A stretch of 64,000 nt of DNA from Candidatus Altimarinota bacterium. Its GTDB lineage: Bacteria; Patescibacteriota; Gracilibacteria; UBA1369. Positions 59,301 through 64,000 of the stretch are shown piece after piece. The stretch's first letter is position 1. Every line of letters starts with the position of its first letter. Under the pieces are notes generated by a model. The model had not been told where the DNA came from, made no database searches, and saw only the letters and a list, made by a program, of their open reading frames with translations. The stretch covers positions 608,001 through 672,000 of the forward strand of contig OY782391.1 of NCBI GenBank assembly GCA_963677745.1. Direction: 5' to 3'. The position numbers and the translations under genes were made by a program.

Positions 59301-59654
59301 TCAATCACGGATTTGGACGGAACCGACTTTGACCTGACCGTTTCACTGACCAGCCTGATAAATACGGGGAATCCCGCCCAAACATTGGCCAACAGCAACT
59401 TTATTATTGAAAACAACAACAGCGTAAATCCCCCGATTGTAAATCTGCTCCCTTTCTCCAGCATCTCCGACGTCACGCTCGACCCGTCCACGGACCCGGG
59501 AGAAAACGCCAATCTGGGAACCACCAGAACCCTCATGCGTAAAAGCAGTTTTGGAACGGGTGCCTGGGAAATCTGTCCAAAAGCCATTTTAAACATCCCG
59601 GCAGAAGTTGAAAGCGGAACCTACAGCGGAACCTTAACTTTCACCCTGATCTGA
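56298..59654 (+). CDS. Large secreted adhesin-like protein: propeller-like repeats plus C-terminal WxL-like domain
   Basis: Signal peptide (..AQA); VN-x-T-x2-Q-x2-P-x-(I/V) repeats; C-terminal VP..IDFG...D...FDLTV...L-x-IP...GTYSGTLTFTLI. Confidence 0.78.
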   Translation: MKNKQGLKFISFATLLTSVLSLLLGNQTPNIQTAQAAISPNEDSVAIVDLIDNPAGGITIRDISSDIDKDGNQYYTWVTDEPGSCHGLYYQVFNKAAVPVTQATQIDTGCAGAYNFFNPDIYTAADPSGNYSIDHFAIVYNKYTQATGSHAIRVLSYNRSYGQYVAGFGVDSGLILDETAQPRIAGDYLGEKVGITFTARDFVGSNLHNVYFQGYDLDFTPMHGSNLLVNSVTAGNQADPAISFSGEHFMVTFSETDTNPTPNTYVKARAINYTANNLSAEITVEAATNPTMANFSDVAGMLDNDYTANPLIEHFYVTYVYHFANADTEIRLKKIYCQYDSGNPGSYNCNLTSREGEPIYSRVNSSGVQNSKPAITSFKNTTDIKRFSPNENTNIDVLTVAWISNYNGTFNLKAQNYTDTLAKTGGEISVADNIYESSGISISSSRDGFYGITFKYNSPTLDNHAKLYPSMYLKRGVERQVNAPDSSAQENVKVAKNSDGKYVVTYQSFNGADYDVIYALYDQYGNAIKNTTLANQTTGDDQTNPQVAFWNEDSTSGDYGKFIISWEGAGATDADGIYYRIFNADGTPNSDETLVNQNTGLAQSEASLSTGKFGQFAVVYKESSSIILFYKNGTNNIYQTVFSGTAPYNPLVALSRMADGSTGSSGTSKFVITWDESALARSLVEGYLNSSSTAHLNSSQSQTERTLKLEGGYNSANATFTPAQDNFYYVRYVYLPGAPPTAGIKINFFGNSTPINISTSADEGINDVSIDPATQNIFTIGQRNAGYSVDNEQVLLFPSDAPSNLAAAEHITDEDLLVEADVLEGHGQYIFIENATGGFPNGTRIGEYILEFIYRDTVVYDDIGTVTGNFLQYSVNTGTNMPQWTKSGPAFAINHYNYYGQTFGSYDAAYDTRPTDSDGKFIATAYSTVSSPDYPDANGVLQQMIDDPFSVGTKEDLTPVTEQQVNPGGRYIIVPNTIDFGSLLRNTTGTVDFATLTPDCVSITDLDGTDFDLTVSLTSLINTGNPAQTLANSNFIIENNNSVNPPIVNLLPFSSISDVTLDPSTDPGENANLGTTRTLMRKSSFGTGAWEICPKAILNIPAEVESGTYSGTLTFTLI

Positions 59655-60262
59655 TGAAAAAAGCATTATACATCTTGGTTTTCTCGTTGATCGGGGCACA
59701 AACTCTGCTGGCTCAGGAAATTCCCTTTACGACTTTTCCCACTCACACCGAGAACCACAACAAGTGGATTATCAGAGACGTGAATCCCGGCTCTTCGTAC
59801 GATGAGTCTATAACCGTAAAAAACCTTTCCGACTATACAATCTCTTTGAAACTGGAAACGATCGAGTTTAGTGAAAACGGAGAAAAAATTAATCTAAGAG
59901 AAGGAGTTCCGCCGGAAGATATCGGCAAATGGATTTCTTTCAACGAACAGAAATTATCTCTGCAACCGCATGAAAAAAAAGAACTTTCCTTGAAAATTTC
60001 TATACCGGAAAAAACTGCGCTGGGAAAATATCAGGCTGCAGTAATGGTGTCTCACTCCTCCGGTGAAGAAGGACAGCTCAACTTGTCCACGCGCATTGGA
60101 AACCGGATTTATTTGAACGTAACCGATTCCAAATTGCTACAGACCAACACAGTTAATTACTGGAATCCTTCCCTGCAAATATTCCTCATTTTAGCATCAC
60201 TTTTAGGCCTGTATTATGGTCTAAAACCGGAAAAAACAGTCAAATCACTCAGTCAACAATGA
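59654..60262 (+). CDS. Single-domain DUF916-like protein with C-terminal TM anchor
   Basis: Signal peptide; W...V-x-PG...E-x-I-x-VKN...IG-x-WI...L-x-P-x-E...IP...G-x-Y...RIG-x-RIYL; homologous by eye to the 55154 protein. Confidence 0.78.
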   Translation: MKKALYILVFSLIGAQTLLAQEIPFTTFPTHTENHNKWIIRDVNPGSSYDESITVKNLSDYTISLKLETIEFSENGEKINLREGVPPEDIGKWISFNEQKLSLQPHEKKELSLKISIPEKTALGKYQAAVMVSHSSGEEGQLNLSTRIGNRIYLNVTDSKLLQTNTVNYWNPSLQIFLILASLLGLYYGLKPEKTVKSLSQQ

Positions 60263-61284
60263 AGATACAAACACTAAAAAAATGGATTAGCCTAGTCAGT
60301 TTTCTGGCCCTGCTTGGCAATGCAACGCCTATCTTTGCCCAATGGGTGGAACTGGAAATATTAGGCGGCGGATACAAACTTCGCGGTCCTTCGGAAATTA
60401 ATTTCGCTACAGTCAGCACCTCCACCAACATCAGCACCAATGAATTGGATTTCCGGGATATCGGCGAAACAACTCCGTCACAAAGTGAAAACAATTTTCT
60501 CCTGGTAATAGACGAGAACGGCGGCAACCCTTTTGACGTAACCGTCACCAGCAACGACCTGAAAAAAGAAGATCCCCTTGTCACGATGACTCTTCCCGAC
60601 AGTACCGGCAACACGCTCAAAGTCGTCAGCTCGAACGGCTTTCTGCCGGGAGACACTTTCATTTTCCCCAATTACACGCCCGACACGGGTATCTATGAAA
60701 TAGCTTCCGTGCCGGATGAAACAACCGTCGTTATTACCTCCACCTTTGCCGGAGGAGCTCCCCCGCTGGACATCACGGTTAGTCGGTATGTCGACTGTGA
60801 GATCACCCCCAAAAAATGCATTGCCTTAGCCGGCTTTTCCATTAAAAACGGCTCCGGCGTGGAAACCGTGTACGGCAATTCCAATGATTTTGTCATCAAC
60901 AGTCAGACTAACGAGTACGTTCCGTTCAAGGCAGCAGCAACCACCATAGCCGGTTCTTCCGGAACCACCTTGAAAGTGGATAATTCAGAGGAATTTTTTA
61001 ACAGTGAAGGTATCTCTTTCCCTTCAGACAGTGGCGTGTTACCTCTCGACAACATTATTTCCACGGTCGACGACAACAACACTATTACACTCCAATATCC
61101 TTTCACAAGTGCCCCCGCAGCAGGGGTTCAGGTCAAATCAACCAACGCGCGTTCCCTCACCCTGGGAAATGGCAATGGTGCGTCTCCCGGACAATGGAAA
61201 ATTTATCCGGTTATTCGGGACGTTATACCGGCCGGCCAGCTCCCTGGCACTTATCAGAGCACTCTAAACTTTACCATCGTTTAA
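60259..61284 (+). CDS. Secreted WxL-like protein with two inserted repeat domains
   Basis: Signal peptide; P..INF, V-x-D-x-NG..FDVTV, G-x-W-x-I-x-P, IP...PGTYQSTLNFTIV; internal repeat S-x-G-x-TLKV. Confidence 0.75.
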   Translation: MKIQTLKKWISLVSFLALLGNATPIFAQWVELEILGGGYKLRGPSEINFATVSTSTNISTNELDFRDIGETTPSQSENNFLLVIDENGGNPFDVTVTSNDLKKEDPLVTMTLPDSTGNTLKVVSSNGFLPGDTFIFPNYTPDTGIYEIASVPDETTVVITSTFAGGAPPLDITVSRYVDCEITPKKCIALAGFSIKNGSGVETVYGNSNDFVINSQTNEYVPFKAAATTIAGSSGTTLKVDNSEEFFNSEGISFPSDSGVLPLDNIISTVDDNNTITLQYPFTSAPAAGVQVKSTNARSLTLGNGNGASPGQWKIYPVIRDVIPAGQLPGTYQSTLNFTIV

Positions 61285-61302
61285 ACAACGTAGAGCATTA
61301 TT

Positions 61303-63606
61303 ATGAGAACGAAATCAATTAAAATCATTACCGCTATTGTCGCCGCCTGGTCTCTACTGTTACCGGCAACCTCACTGGCACTGACAAACATCAACGATCT
61401 TGACGTGAAATTGGCGGGTAACCGTGAAAATATCGAAATTACCGGCTTACCGGGTTCCTCGTTCGATGAAACTTTACTCATACATAATTATTCTGCGGAA
61501 AGCCAAAAACTTTCCTTTTCCGCAATTGACGTCACGGTTGAGGGACAGAATTTCATTCCGTCCAGTTCCCACCCCGAAGTTGATGACACCGCTTCCTGGA
61601 TTACCGTCCCAACCGGTGAAATCATTGTTTTACCAGGAAAAACAACCGAAATTCCCATTCAAATTACTTATCCCGAACGTGCCGGTGTGGGGAAACATTA
61701 TGCCGGAATCATGACTAGTCGCATTATTGGAAACGATCAAACAAACACCCTTAACATTGAAACCGGCATCAGAGTTTATGCCAATGTTGAAGGCAATCCA
61801 CAGTCGAAATTCAAGTTGATCAACCCCCGGCTAATCAGTTCCACAACTCAGAATCTATATTCAACTACCATCGTCAACAGCGGCAACACGGACCTTGACG
61901 GTAAGGTCACCCTGATCAATCAAGCCAACTCCAACCTTCAGTCGTCCGAAAAAATATTTTTAAAACCCGGAGAAGACCTGAAACTCAATTTGGCACTTCC
62001 TCCTCCCGGCTTTGGAGCGGAAAGACTTGTCTCTGAAATTGAACTGAATAATCAGATAAAAAGCTTTGTTTTACAGGAGGACTTTCATCTTCCCGGAGAA
62101 ATCTGGACGACCATCGCCGTGATCATGTTTTTACTGACTATCTCACTGTTTTTACTAAAAACCTTTTCCCCGGAAAAACGGAAACAGGGATTGGAAAGAA
62201 CAGTTATTTTCTCTTTTCTGCTGCTCTGTTCGTTAACTGTCGGTCTAAATCTGGATAAAATTTCCGCTCAAAACATTCTGGCGGACTCACTGCAGCAGGA
62301 CCGTACAGACAATTATCTGACCACCATTAAATGGGGGGATTTGCAGAGAGACCCTTCCACGGACGATTCTTTTACCAGCTGGAATGGATATTTCACTTTA
62401 AACAATGGTCAGATGTATCTTGTTGAAAAACTTCACAATGAAGCTGACGACCAAATCAATCTTGGATCGGAAAACAAAGTCTTGTTCTTTGAAAACGTCT
62501 CCGGCCCGGACAATGACGGCGTAATATTACTTATAAAAACGCTTCCCGGCGGGCCAGATCCTACGCTTACTATGCACAATCTCTCCACCGGCGAGGAGAT
62601 CCCGGTGCGTCTGGAAAAAACGCTGAAACAAGGACGTTTTATCAAATACAAACAGCAGGAAATCAGCATCAATTCGGAACCCGCGCCCGCCTTAATTAAT
62701 GTCAATGACGGAACTACAACCGGTCAAATTCCTCTGGACGACTTCGGTAAAGTTCTGCCGGTTCCTGAAACCCCTTCCGTAATTAGTCCTGAAATCGTTC
62801 CCGAAATTGTCGTCGAGCTGGAAAGCACGGAGGAGGTTAACGGGGTGATTACCGACGAAAATGCCACGCCCGACACTTCACTTACTGAAGCCGTTGTCGT
62901 CGAAATGCCAACCGGGCCGGTACAAATAGAAGAAACTGTCGTTGAAACTGCCCCGACAGTCAAAGACCTGTCCGGAGAAATTGCCATGTTGAAAAACCTG
63001 ATTCAGGATATCCCCGCTTCACCGGACGTCATCAGCGAATACATTCTTAACTCCGAATACGTGGAAGCGATAACCTCGGAGAATCTGACTACAATAGTCA
63101 GCGGCAACTCCGCTCTGATCAGGGCCCTCAAAGACACCCCTTTGACTATCCAGGAGCTCACTTCTACTCCAGACCTCAACTATGCTTTTATCCCTAATGA
63201 GAAAATCAAACTCGCCCCGCAAAGCTTTTCCTTCACCGAACAAAAAACTGCCGCTCAGGAATTAAACGAAATCGTTTTTGTTCAAAGAAAAGAAATCCCC
63301 TGGTCAGTCTATATGTCTATCGGTAATCTAATTTCATTATCCGGCTCAGCGGCGATTCCGTCCGACAACGTCACCATCGACCCGGGCGCTGTAAATCTGG
63401 TTACCCAAAACGGAACTGCCGCGCTGATAGAAGCTGGCATACCGAGGGCCGTCAGCGGACTAAGCGACCAATTATTACTGGTATCGATTATTCCTCAGGG
63501 ACCGGGTGAAACAACCTTTTCGATCACCCCTAAACTGAGCATTACAGTACCGCCCAGGACTCCTCCAGGCATCTACAGAGCAATGATCACCATTAGAATT
63601 ATTTAA
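61303..63606 (+). CDS. Fusion of DUF916/DUF3324-like domains, two TM helices, an acidic linker and a C-terminal WxL-like domain
   Basis: Signal peptide; PG...L-x-HN...ASWI...V-x-PG...P...G-x-H-x-AGI, N-x-GN; two TM; C-terminal PWSV...IP..NV...P-x-L-x-ITVP..TPPGIYRAMITIRII. Confidence 0.75.
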   Translation: MRTKSIKIITAIVAAWSLLLPATSLALTNINDLDVKLAGNRENIEITGLPGSSFDETLLIHNYSAESQKLSFSAIDVTVEGQNFIPSSSHPEVDDTASWITVPTGEIIVLPGKTTEIPIQITYPERAGVGKHYAGIMTSRIIGNDQTNTLNIETGIRVYANVEGNPQSKFKLINPRLISSTTQNLYSTTIVNSGNTDLDGKVTLINQANSNLQSSEKIFLKPGEDLKLNLALPPPGFGAERLVSEIELNNQIKSFVLQEDFHLPGEIWTTIAVIMFLLTISLFLLKTFSPEKRKQGLERTVIFSFLLLCSLTVGLNLDKISAQNILADSLQQDRTDNYLTTIKWGDLQRDPSTDDSFTSWNGYFTLNNGQMYLVEKLHNEADDQINLGSENKVLFFENVSGPDNDGVILLIKTLPGGPDPTLTMHNLSTGEEIPVRLEKTLKQGRFIKYKQQEISINSEPAPALINVNDGTTTGQIPLDDFGKVLPVPETPSVISPEIVPEIVVELESTEEVNGVITDENATPDTSLTEAVVVEMPTGPVQIEETVVETAPTVKDLSGEIAMLKNLIQDIPASPDVISEYILNSEYVEAITSENLTTIVSGNSALIRALKDTPLTIQELTSTPDLNYAFIPNEKIKLAPQSFSFTEQKTAAQELNEIVFVQRKEIPWSVYMSIGNLISLSGSAAIPSDNVTIDPGAVNLVTQNGTAALIEAGIPRAVSGLSDQLLLVSIIPQGPGETTFSITPKLSITVPPRTPPGIYRAMITIRII

Positions 63607-64000
63607 TCTCAACCGGTGATTCGACAGCTTCCCCAACAGGTTCTGCGCCAGTTGTCACAACATTAATTTCGGACTTGACCGTTTCGGGAATCACCTCTGT
63701 CGGCTCTGTAATCTTCTTTTTCTCCTCTATTACCGGGGTCGACGGGCTGGTTAATTGCTCATAATATCCCAGACAATTTCGTTTAATTTCATCACTGATG
63801 CCTTTCTGACAAACCTCGCGGTCTTTTGCCTCAACCGCCTGATTGGCCAAAATATGGGAATTACAGCTCTTAAAATAAACCTCATTTTTTATTTCTTCAC
63901 ATTTTTTTATGTCCTTGGTTAAAACAATGGCATTCAACTGATCCTGTAGCTTTAACAAATTAACCGTTTCGGCCTCCTGGACTTTGATCTGATCAAGCTC
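63599..64000 (-). CDS. Hypothetical protein with Cys-pair repeats (5'-partial)
   Basis: Frame stays open to the window end; KDIKKC-x10-C and KDREVC-x11-C repeats. Confidence 0.7.
   Translation of the reverse strand, partial: ELDQIKVQEAETVNLLKLQDQLNAIVLTKDIKKCEEIKNEVYFKSCNSHILANQAVEAKDREVCQKGISDEIKRNCLGYYEQLTSPSTPVIEEKKKITEPTEVIPETVKSEINVVTTGAEPVGEAVESPVEIK

Noticed and set aside
1-64000. Alternative genetic code 25 (TGA=Gly)
   Set aside because: Conserved genes are intact under code 11; smpB and pheT end at TGA, and ATGA/TGATG couplings occur.

Overview
Chromosomal segment of a small-genome, probably monoderm bacterium. I infer CPR/Patescibacteria (Peregrinibacteria-like) from AT-rich leaders without a Shine-Dalgarno (SD) sequence, SLH surface proteins, G-x-A-W-rich giant secreted proteins and many orphan helical proteins. 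It uses genetic code 11: smpB and pheT end at TGA at their expected lengths. Core genes include asnS, smpB, a phosphohexomutase, hup, pheS/pheT, a class A PBP, engB, lgt, mscL, sodB and tRNA-Ser(CGA), along with a nucleotide-sanitising/oxidative-stress block in the first 12 kb. The best candidate for an undescribed system is the five-gene operon at 55154-63606. Membrane-anchored DUF916/WxLIP-like proteins alternate 1:1 with WxL-like proteins ending in a pilin-like C-terminal strand, and the last gene fuses both parts. This resembles an usher-less, sortase-less chaperone/pilin fibre. Other highlights: (i) a locus at 19690-28727 pairing paralogous ~100-aa helical proteins with large signal-peptide-less proteins; (ii) an ATP-grasp/GT4 fusion gene flanked by a 32-bp direct repeat that is the tRNA-Ser promoter; (iii) a degenerate RelA/SpoT-like giant protein; (iv) a single-chain pseudo-heterodimeric class III cyclase; (v) an SD-bearing, GC-rich orphan islet; (vi) a structured 5' UTR on the RRM gene. 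No CRISPR array, rRNA, integrase or transposase was seen. All family calls come from motifs read by eye; no searches were run.
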